Shown here: positions 51,475 to 64,000 of the stretch, piece after piece
Layout: each line of letters starts with the position of its first letter
Position numbering within the stretch: position 1 is the first letter of the stretch
Assembly: GCF_036588685.1 (NCBI RefSeq)
Contig: NC_086385.1
Span: forward strand, 23,211,216-23,275,215
Source of the DNA: Mytilus trossulus
Taxonomy: Eukaryota
Direction: 5' to 3'
Length of the DNA stretch: 64,000 nt
Notes under the pieces: generated by a model
Databases searched by the model: none
What the model was told of the DNA's origin: nothing
What the model saw: the letters and a program-made list of their open reading frames with translations, nothing else
Position numbers and translations under genes: made by a program

Positions 51475-53948
51475 TTATATTAGTCGGAGTTCTTTCAGAC
51501 ACTTTTCACTGTGAGATGATAAAACTTAAGGCTCTAAAGAGCCTGTGTCGCTCACCTTGGTCTTTGTGAATATTAAACAAAGGAAGCAGATGGATTCATG
51601 ACAAAATTGTGTTTTGGTGATGGTGATGAGTTTGTAGATCTTACTTTACTGAACATTATTGCTGCTTACAATTATCTTTATCTATAATGAACTTGGCTCA
51701 GTAGTTTCAGTGGAAAATGTTACTTATTTGTAAATCTTACTTTCCTGAACATTATTGCTGTTTACAGTTTATCTCTTTCTATAATAAAATTCAAGATAAT
51801 AACCAATAACAGCAAAATTTCCTTAAAATAACCAATGCAGGGACAGCAACCCAACAACGGGTTGTCCGATTCATTTACCCCGTCAGATTTGCTCTAACTT
51901 CTTTGGTTGTTGAGTTGTAAGCCAAAAACTGCTTTTTACCCCTATGTTCTATTTTAAGCCATAGCGGCCATCTTGGTTGGATGGTCGGGTCACCGGACAC
52001 AATTTTTAACTAGATAACCCAAAGATGATTGTGGCCAAGTTTGGATTAATTCGGTCCATTAGTTTCAGAGGAGAAGATCTTTGTAAAAGATTACTAAGAT
52101 TTACGGAAAATGGTTTAAAATTGACTATAAAGGGCAATAACTCCTAAAGGGATAAATTGACCATTTCGGTCATGTTAATTTATTTGTAAATCTGACTTTG
52201 CTGAACATTATTGCTGTATACAGTTTATCACTATCTATAATAATATTCAAGATAATAACCAAAAACAGCAAAATTTCCTTAAAATAACCAATTCAGGTGC
52301 AGCAACCCAACAACAGGTTGTCTGATTCATCTGGAAATTTCAGGGTAGATAGATCTTGACCTGATATTCAATTTTACCCCTGTCAGATTTGCTCTTAATG
52401 CTGTGGGTTTTACTTATAAGCCAAACACTGCATTTTACCCCTATGTTCTATTTTTAGCCGTGGCGGCCATCTTTGTTGGATGGTCGGGTCACCGGACACA
52501 TTTTCAATCTAGATAACCCAAAAATGATTGTGGACAAGTTTGGATTAATTTGGCCCAGTAGTTTGAGAGGAGAAGATTTTTGTAAAAGATTACTAAGATT
52601 TACGGAAAATGGTTAAAAATTGAATATAAAGGGCAATAACTCCTTAAGGGGTCAATTAACCATTTCGGTCATGTTGAGTTATTTGTAAATCTGACTTTGC
52701 TGAACAATATTGCTGTTTACAGTTTATCTTTATCTATAATAATATTCAAGATAATAACCAAAAACAGTAATATTTCCTTAAAATTACCAATTCAGGGACA
52801 GCAACCCAACAACGGGTAATCAGATTCATCTGAAAATTTCAGGGCAGATAGATCTTGACCTGATAAACAATTTTATCCCGTCAGATTTGCCCTTAATGCC
52901 TTGGTTTTTGGGAAATAAGCCAAAACTGCATTCTATTTTTAGCCATGGCGGCCATCTTGGTTGGTTTGCCGAGTCACCGGACACATTTTTAAACTAGATA
53001 CTCCAATGATGATTGTGGTTAAGTTTAGTTTAATATGGTGCCGTAGTTTCAAAGGAGAAGATTTTTGTAAAAGTTAACGACGACGGACGACGGACGACGG
53101 ACGACGACTGACGACGGACGCAAATTGATGGGAAAAGCGCACTTGGCCCTTCGGGCCAGGTGAGCTAAAAAGGCTGATAATTTAATTTCACCTTCAGATA
53201 CGTTGAAGAATTCAAACGTTTTTCAATCTATTCATAAAGTAAGAAACTCATTCATTAAGTAGATGTTGGGTCGGTGAAAATGTTCGCATTCGGTTCTAAA
53301 TTTAATAGCGTATTTTGTCATTTGTAGGTTCAATAACACAAACTGGAAAAAAACAAACTCATATAAAAAAACAAGTCGAAAGTAATAGACTTTCATGCTC
53401 AATTAAAACTCAATTAAGAAGTTGATATCGAAATTGTTGTCAGCTGGTGGTTTTATTTATTCATTAGATATAGCATGTTTTGATTGTCATGTATATCCTG
53501 TTTAATGACAAAATGAAAGACATTGTTGTTAAAACTATGGTTATGGAAATCATAACAGTACATTGTGTTAGATAATGCATACGTTAAAATATATACATAC
53601 ATGTAAGATGAGACGCAGCTCTTTAAATATCAAACAGGACATTTGCTTGTGAAAACTTGAAGTCAAACATAATTTTTAGCATTAGTTAACGATAGGTGGC
53701 CATTGAGTAATATCCGACCATACATCATTTATGAAGATATATATTTTTGTTAAACACAGTAACCATAGTGATTTATACATGTAAATAAAACACTTTTGAA
53801 TCAACAATGATATAGGCAAACGAATACGTTCACTTGGTGGGATATTTCTACGTACAACTAGCGAGGTTTGTAGATTAAAATTTCTGTATTTCTCGAAAAC
53901 AACAGGCAAAATAGTTTCGCTGCAAATTGTGTTTGGTTTACATGATTG
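51475..53948 (+). repeat. First copy of a long direct duplication (offset 10,052 bp)
   Basis: Reads identical by eye to 61527-64000. The ORF track gives the same 75-aa ORF at 53682 and 63734. Confidence 0.95.
51524..53170 (+). mobile_element. HINE/Helentron-like element with an internal tandem array (about 3 units of 455-500 bp)
   Basis: Subterminal inverted repeats GCTCACCT/AGGTGAGC, a 3' hairpin TGGCCC-TTC-GGGCCA, a (GACGACG)n microsatellite at 53078-53120, and repeat-unit anchors near 51726, 52181 and 52680. Confidence 0.8.
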
Positions 53949-56900
53949 ATGTTATATTTTAAATCGCATTTATCAAAATTTCATCTGAATTTAATTACGT
54001 TTTCTAAATTTGAATATCAATGGAGGTATTTATGCTGAAAAAATCGACATACATTGAAGTGCAAAGGTGCACTTGTTTGCGTAAGTTTGGTAGTGTCAGA
54101 ACAGACATTTCTGATGGGAGCCCTTCTATTTTAATTGAATACATTTTTCATAATTACAAAAAGAAAATATAACAATTTTATAGACACTCCTAGTCAATAA
54201 GCTTAATTTATTACAAACATCACCATTATAGTTTTTACCCGTATCGTTGTTGCTTTTGTAAAAATACTAGTTTGTATTATTTCCGAAAGACTGAGAAATA
54301 ATTAATCTTCATTTTGAGATAGGAAATTTACAGTTACACAGTTTTAAACAAAACTAGGTTCATTAAGTCTGCATCTGAATAGACACGACGGTTTATATCA
54401 GTGAAAAACTTCCGAAATAGTTTATTAATTTCGAACACAATTCAAACATTACTTACATACGTTTTGAAAAAAAAATAACACTTGGTATTTATACGTGTAA
54501 ACAAAATGTGAAACGAAAAAAACTTGTTTACCCGTTTAAGAGAAAATATATTAAAATGTTACAAATTTATGTAAATTAGCAAAAATTAAATATTCAATGA
54601 GTGTGGAATCCTTAGAATCCATACACAAAATGCATGACGTATCATTTGTGACAGCTAAAATAATCCAAAAATGTTTTAAGTATGCACTAATAATCAAAGG
54701 TACCAGGCTTTTAATTTAAGACGCCATACGCACGTGTCGTTTACGTAAGACTCACCAACAACGCTCAGATCAAGATAGTAAGAAAGCCAAACAAGTTTAA
54801 AGTTTAAGAGCGTTGATGACGCAAACTTCCCAAAAAATTGTGCCATATCGGCTACAGTAACATATTCTTGAAAAAGAACATCAATATTTTGAATAGTTAA
54901 TACTTTTGCAAACAGTAAATTTATTAAAATGACCATAAAATTGATATTTATGGCAACACCGAAGTTCTACAGTTCCCATAAGAATATTTGCATGTCCCGT
55001 TGAAAAAAGAGTTTTTTAATACTTATCTATGGTGTATCAACATAAATTTTGTTAATTAAACAAAACTACCTTCATCATATCAAATAATAGACTTATCATA
55101 ACTTTGTTAAAAGATCTACGAATTGGATACTTTTTTCCAGCTATATATTATGGGGTGTTCTGATAATATTTTCCCTAAACAGCAACGATAACCCGCAATT
55201 CTTTTGATTAATCAAAGCTTTTCGTGTATGACTTTTTAAAGTTATATACACAATGAACCATGATAATGCAGGTATATATATGTTAGAAAACGTTAGGTGA
55301 ATACCCTAATACACAAAGTTATGCATTCAGTAATTGTCTTCTCCTTTAAAGTTTGAAAGAATTAATATGTATTTATACAGATTAACAAATCTAAATTGAT
55401 TTTAAATGTCTAGCAATATGATTTATAAAAATATAATGTCATATCCTGTTGAAATTGAACTCAATTTTATACTGAACTATTGTTTATTACAAAAACTTGC
55501 TCACGTCTTTAAATGTATGTTTGAAAGCGTGAAACCAATAACAAACGGATTCATAACTTAAATGCTTTTGTTTACAATATAGTTTTACAAATAAAAATAT
55601 TTTCTCTTCTATTCAGGTTATTTCAAAATAAACTGTCTAACCGACTTAAAAAATACAACCAGTACGTATTTTTGAATGGACAGAAATCGTGTACGATTTA
55701 AATAACGCTTAACAAAGTCTAGCCTAGATTTTTAAGTTTCGTTCGACGATAGAAGATTAAGCACTGCCATGAAATTAGTTTAATATAAAAAAGAAGATGT
55801 GGTATGATTGTGAATGTGACAACTATCCACAAGAGACCGTATGTCACAGAATTTAACAAATACAGTTCATATTAGATTAATTGTTGTCAATTTGCAAACA
55901 TTATCTTGAAAAAAATTAAACAAATCTGTCGAAATTTAAAGGGCAATATTGGTTTTTTACTTGGACAATCATATCCTGTGTGCCTACATAATAAAATATG
56001 TGTTCAATGAGTAGTTCATTAAATGAGACTGAGTTATCCTTGATTTGATATTATATAACATCACAAAACCATGAATTAACATACCAGTTGTGTAATTCGC
56101 CAATACATGTTTCTTCAGGGAGTCAAAAATTTAAAAAAAAATCAAAGTTTACCTATCATGATGACCTATAAAAAGTATAGCCATTTTTATGAAAGACATC
56201 AGAGCTTTGAATGGGTATACTTCTCTCTCAACTTATAAAATAATATCGAACTTTTGATAAGGAAAATTTGAATATCATAAAATCTATGTGTTCATGCCAA
56301 TACAATAATAACAAACCACAAGTAGAGGTCTTAACGAAGTGTTAGATATAACATTTACGTAACCAATTTATTGACTTAGATGCGCAGAATTTTAAGAAGC
56401 CAGAATATTTGAAAATCAAACAATTTATTAAACAATGAAAATCCTACAAGTAAAGCAAATGTTGGGCAAGTCTCCAGAGGGGGATATAATCCTTGAATTA
56501 AAATTAAAAACTTAATATCCGTATTTTTAATTCAAGTACAATAGTATTGTGTACCCTCGGGTATATGTAGCAGTTGTCGCGACTCGGTGGTAGTTATAAC
56601 ATGAGGATAAATATAACTATGAATGGTTTTTGATTTGTATGTTCTGTTCATTATATTTCTTCGCAACTATTGATACGTAGTAAATATATATTACCAGACT
56701 TCAGGTTAAGACAAAATAATTACATTGTTTTAATCGTTGTCTTTCATACATGTTTAATATCTGATTTCTTTTTGTCCACAATGGTATTCAAAAAGTTATA
56801 TGATTTTTTTAAGGCTTCAATCTTTTTCAGTTTGTCGACACAAATCAATTTATATAGAGCAAGAAACGAAAATCCTGAATTTTGTTTAGAGAAATTTAAT

Positions 56901-57105
56901 TTGATTTGAAAACTCGCTCCTTTTTTCGAGACTGATATCCGTCTGATATACATGCATGTATTCTTAACATATTCGAGAGTATATTACATGATTCTCTTTT
57001 CAATGCATTCTTAAAAATGGCTTCATACAATTAAAATTCCAAAATTGTGTTTCATATTGTAGGACTGACGTGCTCTGGATTTTGCCTTGGACCCTTTGGT
57101 AAAAT

Positions 57106-59970
57106 ATGAAGCTGTCACAGATAATGTTGGACATGATGTCGGTGCTTTTCATAGTAACTGGTTTTTATTGTAAGTAATACTCAATAATGTATATGCTATT
57201 TTCCCATGATCTCTTTACTCTTATTTCTCATCCTTATCATTATCATCGGCATCGTCCTTAATATTGTTATTCTATTAAGATGCTCTGAACTTAAAATCAT
57301 GATAACCATGTCTGAAACATTTGCAAATATACAGTTGAATTTTGATTCTATGAATGTATGAACAGTCTGTAAGGTCGAGAATTTAGTTTTGATAAATATT
57401 ACACAATTTATTTAGGGGCCAGCTGAGGACAACCACCGGGTGCGGGATTTTCTCGCTGCGTTGAAGACCCATTGGTGGACTTCGGTTGTTGTCTGCTCTT
57501 TATAAAGGTTGTTGTATCTATGACATAATCCTTAATTCCATTCTCAATTTTGTTGACTAAGTGTTACCCTGACTTTTATTTGACAGACACAAACATTTGA
57601 ACGTAAAAATTTCAATGAAATCGAAGCCATACTTGACATTTATCTGAATTTTTTCATTTTTTTTAATTCAACGCTGACAATTTAAAAAATACAACTACTA
57701 AATGATGTTTATCAACGAATATTGAATAAATACGTCCTTCTGATACCGTCAAGTTACAACACTTATCCATGCACCACGACGATGCTTTGTAAAAAGATAA
57801 TCAGTGTTGTACGTATTAGTTTATATAATAAGCGTTTGATGAGCCTTCCAATCTCTTTTTTTTTGGCACCTCTTCCTGAAGCTGTATGTGCATATTCTGG
57901 TTTATTTGTCTTGCTTCTTTGACATGAATAACAAGATACAGAAAGTCATGGCACTGTCCAGGGTTATATGTACACAGTCGTCGTAACACCTTATCTATAT
58001 GAATGTGAACTGATAGACAATTGTAAATAGCGTTGTCAGTTATTAAATCATCATTTAATTCCCTCTAAGGCTTTCTACCTCAGGCATAGATTACCATAGC
58101 TGTATTTGTCAAAGCTTTTAGGAATTTTGGTCCTCAATGCTCTTCAACTTCGTACTTTATTTAGCCTTTTTAACTTTTTTGGATTCGAGCGTCACTGATT
58201 AGTCTTTTGTAGACGAAACGCGCGTCTGGAGTATATATAAAATTTAGTCCTGGTATCTATGAGGAGTTTATTAATGAGGTCATTCTTCTGTGTTTATCAT
58301 GTTTATTGTGGAAGTGTATTTACAGGCAAAAATTGGATTTTTAAAAATAAATCTATTTCCACTGTACATTTTTCAAATCCTTTATGAAAAAAAATATATA
58401 TCGAGTACCGTCCGGAACATTGCTGATTCAAACTGGCGCAATTATAGATTTTGTTTGTAATTCCCAAAAATTTCCCGGTTGTGTCCGTTGAAATTGGTAT
58501 ACTTTCAATATTTACATTGCTAGATAGCTTCTGTCAAGTCCTCTTTCTAAAAGATAAAGGTCTATTTTCTTGTATTTACTACATAATTTGGTATTTGCTT
58601 TGAAAATATCAGCATGAAGTGAAATGTTCATTGCAGGTTTTGAAGAAAAGCTGTTATTTTCGACTTCTTCGGGGAAAATAAAAGAATTGAACATAATAAA
58701 AGGGGAAGTGAAAGTACTTGGTAATGCAGAAAGTGAAGTATTTGTACTTGCATACGATAATGAAGACAAATATGTGTATGTTCCAAGACAGACCCAGGAG
58801 CAAATAATAAGGTATTGTCATTAAATCTATCAATTTGTAATTAATCAAATATAAGCAAGTTATTGTCAATAGATCGTATAACGAGGTGATTAATTGTTAT
58901 TTTTGTTTGGAAACACATCCAGGCAGTCACGACGGCATGTTCCTTTCATCCACGTTATGAAGTAAGTTCAAATTAGGAGACCGGAAATGCAGATACTATT
59001 TTTATGAAAGAAAAGTTAAGAAAATCATGCCTTATAGTATATATAATTATTTGATTGGCTAATACAGAAATCATTTGTCATAGTTTAATTTTGATGTTTT
59101 TTCCTAAAATTGGCAGAAGCGATGAATAACCGTAAAAAAAGAAGCATCCATCGAACCGATGAATTACCCTTGTCGTACTCAATGACTCCCTTAAAAAATA
59201 TGACGTCACCTAACGCCAGTAAAACAAAAACAAATATGACAACGGCCAGGTGAGAAGTCCATCAAGTGATGAAGAAGCTGACTATAATGAATGGCCTTTG
59301 CTCATTGTTGAGGGACGTACGGTGACCTATAGTTGTTAATTTCTGTGTCATTTTGGTCATTGGCAATCATACCACATCTTCTTTTTTTATACATACAAGA
59401 CTTGGAAATTCATCTATAATGTCGACGATATCTCTTGTAAACGGCTCTTTTCAGGGCCATATATATTTCATAGAAAGAATCTACCTTTGTTGTCCTTTTA
59501 CATTCGCGAAAAGTCAATAGACAGAAAATAATTTTCTCAGGTAAGTGTTTTTGATAGTAATATGTTTGTTCGGTATAATAAAACAATTATGCCCCCGTGA
59601 AAAAAATCCTTACTCGAAATATCAATATTAAATATTCACTTCCTCAGCGGGCCATTCTTGTATTTTATATAAGTCACTTTCTTCTCACAATGGAAAATGT
59701 GATTTATATGTGTTGGTGTTTGCTTCTAAAGCAAAGTATTTTTACTTGATTCAGATTCCCTTATCCAAGCAATCAGACCACTGAGTTTGAAATTGTTGTC
59801 TCGGAAATTATTCCAGGCGGGATCGCATTTGACTCCGAACATAGATATCTATACTGGACTGAACCTATGGAAGGAAAGATAATGAGAAGTAATACAAATG
59901 GATCAAATATAACCAGAATTTTCAATGACACAGTCGAACCTGCTGCACTTACCATTGACAAAGAGAATAG
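57106..59970 (+). CDS. LDL-receptor class B (YWTD beta-propeller) repeat protein, first 3 coding exons only
   Basis: Exons 57106-57169 (signal-peptide-like), 58637-58811 and 59755-59970 splice in phase. They read LAYDNEDKYVYV, GIAFDSEHRYLYWTE...GKIMRSNTNGS and PAALTIDKENR. I found no further exon before the duplication junction at 61527. Confidence 0.8.
57411..57551 (+). repeat. SINE-like repeat 3' half
   Basis: GGGGCCAGCTGA...TTCTCGCTGCGTTGAAGACC...GTTGTCTGCTC...TCCATTCTCAATTTT. Shorter copies near 23165, 23970, 45596 and 60166. Confidence 0.65.
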
Positions 59971-61526
59971 GTTGGTAACTTTTCTAATTTTTTGATACAA
60001 TAAAATGATCATATTGTAATACATAACTGCATAGCACGTTTTAGTAAACTAAAGTATTTCCTTACCAAAGGCTTTCCGCGCGTATTGATATAACTTAAGA
60101 TCGTTGACCAGATTTTCAGAAAATTTAGTTATTCGTTAATTTGTCTTATACGTAAACATGCTTTGAGACCTGTTGGTGACCTTCTGCTGTTGTTTTTTTA
60201 TTTGGTCGGGTTGTTGTCTCGTTGACAAATTACCTATTTCCATTCTCAATTTTATTTAACATCATGTTATGATAACCGAGTACCAACTGTTATTTTGTAT
60301 TCTAAAAACAACAGTTTGAGTGTTTCTCTAGTTTTTTTTAATAATACGTCAGGAACTACAGGCGTAAAAACGAAAATCTGCAAATAATCAAACTGTATAT
60401 ATATGATCCGTATTGTCATGAAAATGCGATTACCCTCAACAGCGCTTAAGACCGAGAGGTCACGGTGTTTTGTCAAAGAGGATCAAATATCATCCCCAAC
60501 CTAAGACAGATCGGGAACATTTTTGTCAGGTAGTGATATATACCTTATTAAATCCTATTGCAGGAATTGTAGAAAAAGAAACCAATTTGAAGTACTCTCA
60601 ACGACTTGTGTGTTCGTATCGGCTGACAGTGTCTGCTAACAGTCAATAAAGAACCATCTGAATTCAAGTTAATTGTTAAATTTTACAACACTTACCGTTA
60701 CATTAATGATATTTTCCAAAATTCTACAAAAGACTACCAAAATTTACCAAAAGGTACTGATATTAAATTAAATCAAATATATGTATAAACTATAATAACT
60801 AACTGTCCTTTCCTAGATTTCGATTTTGTTCCTTTACCAATGAGACACAACATAAAACTTTAAGACAAAAGACCGTTTATCGGCTTCCTACTGTTAATTT
60901 TATTTCTATTGTGGACAGTGTCTATATTATCTAAATATATTCATCTGTCCGTAGTGAATTTGTTTTAATTGCAATGAACGCAGACTATCTATTACTGGTA
61001 ATAATTAAGTCAATGATTTTGCCATCATACTTTTACTTTAAACCTTTAGTATAAACGTGAGAAGATGTTGTAATATACGATAACTCATCTGCATGTTCTA
61101 CTAAAGAATTGTCCATTAAATTGACTAAAATTTTGTCCGCAGTTTAAGAGGGTCTTCATATATACTGTGAAACTATTTACTCGCGCAGTGGTATTAACCA
61201 TATGTGGATTCTTAAAAACTCTTAAGAACTTTTTTAAAAATTTTAATCTCTGTCTTTTTCTGAAGTTAGTTCTATCAAAACTTTAGATTTTTCAACCTTG
61301 TATACAACCATTACCCATGTGAAATTTAAAAACCGTCTAAAAGAAATAATCCACAAAATGCTTTCCATCATAAACATGGTAGCATACGCTATAACTTTAT
61401 CACTTTGGAATACCATAAGGCATATTTCGTTAATAAGGAACAAAAGGGTAAAACACATTACACAGAGGAACAAGTGATCAGTACATTTGTATGCCGGAGT
61501 TTCTTATTGGCAACATATTTGTTGAA

Positions 61527-64000
61527 TTATATTAGTCGGAGTTCTTTCAGACACTTTTCACTGTGAGATGATAAAACTTAAGGCTCTAAAGAGCCTGTGT
61601 CGCTCACCTTGGTCTTTGTGAATATTAAACAAAGGAAGCAGATGGATTCATGACAAAATTGTGTTTTGGTGATGGTGATGAGTTTGTAGATCTTACTTTA
61701 CTGAACATTATTGCTGCTTACAATTATCTTTATCTATAATGAACTTGGCTCAGTAGTTTCAGTGGAAAATGTTACTTATTTGTAAATCTTACTTTCCTGA
61801 ACATTATTGCTGTTTACAGTTTATCTCTTTCTATAATAAAATTCAAGATAATAACCAATAACAGCAAAATTTCCTTAAAATAACCAATGCAGGGACAGCA
61901 ACCCAACAACGGGTTGTCCGATTCATTTACCCCGTCAGATTTGCTCTAACTTCTTTGGTTGTTGAGTTGTAAGCCAAAAACTGCTTTTTACCCCTATGTT
62001 CTATTTTAAGCCATAGCGGCCATCTTGGTTGGATGGTCGGGTCACCGGACACAATTTTTAACTAGATAACCCAAAGATGATTGTGGCCAAGTTTGGATTA
62101 ATTCGGTCCATTAGTTTCAGAGGAGAAGATCTTTGTAAAAGATTACTAAGATTTACGGAAAATGGTTTAAAATTGACTATAAAGGGCAATAACTCCTAAA
62201 GGGATAAATTGACCATTTCGGTCATGTTAATTTATTTGTAAATCTGACTTTGCTGAACATTATTGCTGTATACAGTTTATCACTATCTATAATAATATTC
62301 AAGATAATAACCAAAAACAGCAAAATTTCCTTAAAATAACCAATTCAGGTGCAGCAACCCAACAACAGGTTGTCTGATTCATCTGGAAATTTCAGGGTAG
62401 ATAGATCTTGACCTGATATTCAATTTTACCCCTGTCAGATTTGCTCTTAATGCTGTGGGTTTTACTTATAAGCCAAACACTGCATTTTACCCCTATGTTC
62501 TATTTTTAGCCGTGGCGGCCATCTTTGTTGGATGGTCGGGTCACCGGACACATTTTCAATCTAGATAACCCAAAAATGATTGTGGACAAGTTTGGATTAA
62601 TTTGGCCCAGTAGTTTGAGAGGAGAAGATTTTTGTAAAAGATTACTAAGATTTACGGAAAATGGTTAAAAATTGAATATAAAGGGCAATAACTCCTTAAG
62701 GGGTCAATTAACCATTTCGGTCATGTTGAGTTATTTGTAAATCTGACTTTGCTGAACAATATTGCTGTTTACAGTTTATCTTTATCTATAATAATATTCA
62801 AGATAATAACCAAAAACAGTAATATTTCCTTAAAATTACCAATTCAGGGACAGCAACCCAACAACGGGTAATCAGATTCATCTGAAAATTTCAGGGCAGA
62901 TAGATCTTGACCTGATAAACAATTTTATCCCGTCAGATTTGCCCTTAATGCCTTGGTTTTTGGGAAATAAGCCAAAACTGCATTCTATTTTTAGCCATGG
63001 CGGCCATCTTGGTTGGTTTGCCGAGTCACCGGACACATTTTTAAACTAGATACTCCAATGATGATTGTGGTTAAGTTTAGTTTAATATGGTGCCGTAGTT
63101 TCAAAGGAGAAGATTTTTGTAAAAGTTAACGACGACGGACGACGGACGACGGACGACGACTGACGACGGACGCAAATTGATGGGAAAAGCGCACTTGGCC
63201 CTTCGGGCCAGGTGAGCTAAAAAGGCTGATAATTTAATTTCACCTTCAGATACGTTGAAGAATTCAAACGTTTTTCAATCTATTCATAAAGTAAGAAACT
63301 CATTCATTAAGTAGATGTTGGGTCGGTGAAAATGTTCGCATTCGGTTCTAAATTTAATAGCGTATTTTGTCATTTGTAGGTTCAATAACACAAACTGGAA
63401 AAAAACAAACTCATATAAAAAAACAAGTCGAAAGTAATAGACTTTCATGCTCAATTAAAACTCAATTAAGAAGTTGATATCGAAATTGTTGTCAGCTGGT
63501 GGTTTTATTTATTCATTAGATATAGCATGTTTTGATTGTCATGTATATCCTGTTTAATGACAAAATGAAAGACATTGTTGTTAAAACTATGGTTATGGAA
63601 ATCATAACAGTACATTGTGTTAGATAATGCATACGTTAAAATATATACATACATGTAAGATGAGACGCAGCTCTTTAAATATCAAACAGGACATTTGCTT
63701 GTGAAAACTTGAAGTCAAACATAATTTTTAGCATTAGTTAACGATAGGTGGCCATTGAGTAATATCCGACCATACATCATTTATGAAGATATATATTTTT
63801 GTTAAACACAGTAACCATAGTGATTTATACATGTAAATAAAACACTTTTGAATCAACAATGATATAGGCAAACGAATACGTTCACTTGGTGGGATATTTC
63901 TACGTACAACTAGCGAGGTTTGTAGATTAAAATTTCTGTATTTCTCGAAAACAACAGGCAAAATAGTTTCGCTGCAAATTGTGTTTGGTTTACATGATTG
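61527..64000 (+). repeat. Second copy of the direct duplication (runs off the window edge; includes a second HINE copy at about 61576-63222)
   Basis: Identity with 51475 onward begins at TTATATTAGTCGGAG and continues to base 64000. Confidence 0.95.

Noticed and set aside
51726-53070. CRISPR-like array
   Set aside because: The units are long contiguous monomers without unique spacers, in a eukaryotic context with no cas genes.

Overview
AT-rich, intron-rich animal DNA; the repeat content resembles a bivalve mollusc, probably Mytilus (my recognition, not a search result). The main structure is a nested transposon complex. A 19,873-bp AcademH-type DNA transposon (11769-31641; about 75-bp imperfect TIRs; exact 9-bp TSD ATGGTAATG) carries a 14-exon Academ transposase (+) and a convergent, intact 4-exon RecQ-like helicase (-). 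It is inserted in the transposase gene of a Kolobok-like element whose divergent partner gene (KolX/P2X7-ballast-like) is still intact. The AcademH introns hold unexpected structured RNAs: a type III hammerhead ribozyme in helicase intron 1, and two homologous 58-59-nt tRNA-like folds, one in an intron of each gene and each sense to its host gene. The window also has an internally deleted AcademX-like remnant, Penelope-like retroelements, dispersed repeats with minimal type I hammerheads, HINE-like elements, a 12-exon gene for a secreted LU-LU-CUB-CUB protein, the first three exons of a YWTD-repeat gene, and the start of an apparently identical 10,052-bp-offset duplication. All gene models were spliced by hand from GT-AG sites and reading phase, with no transcript evidence.
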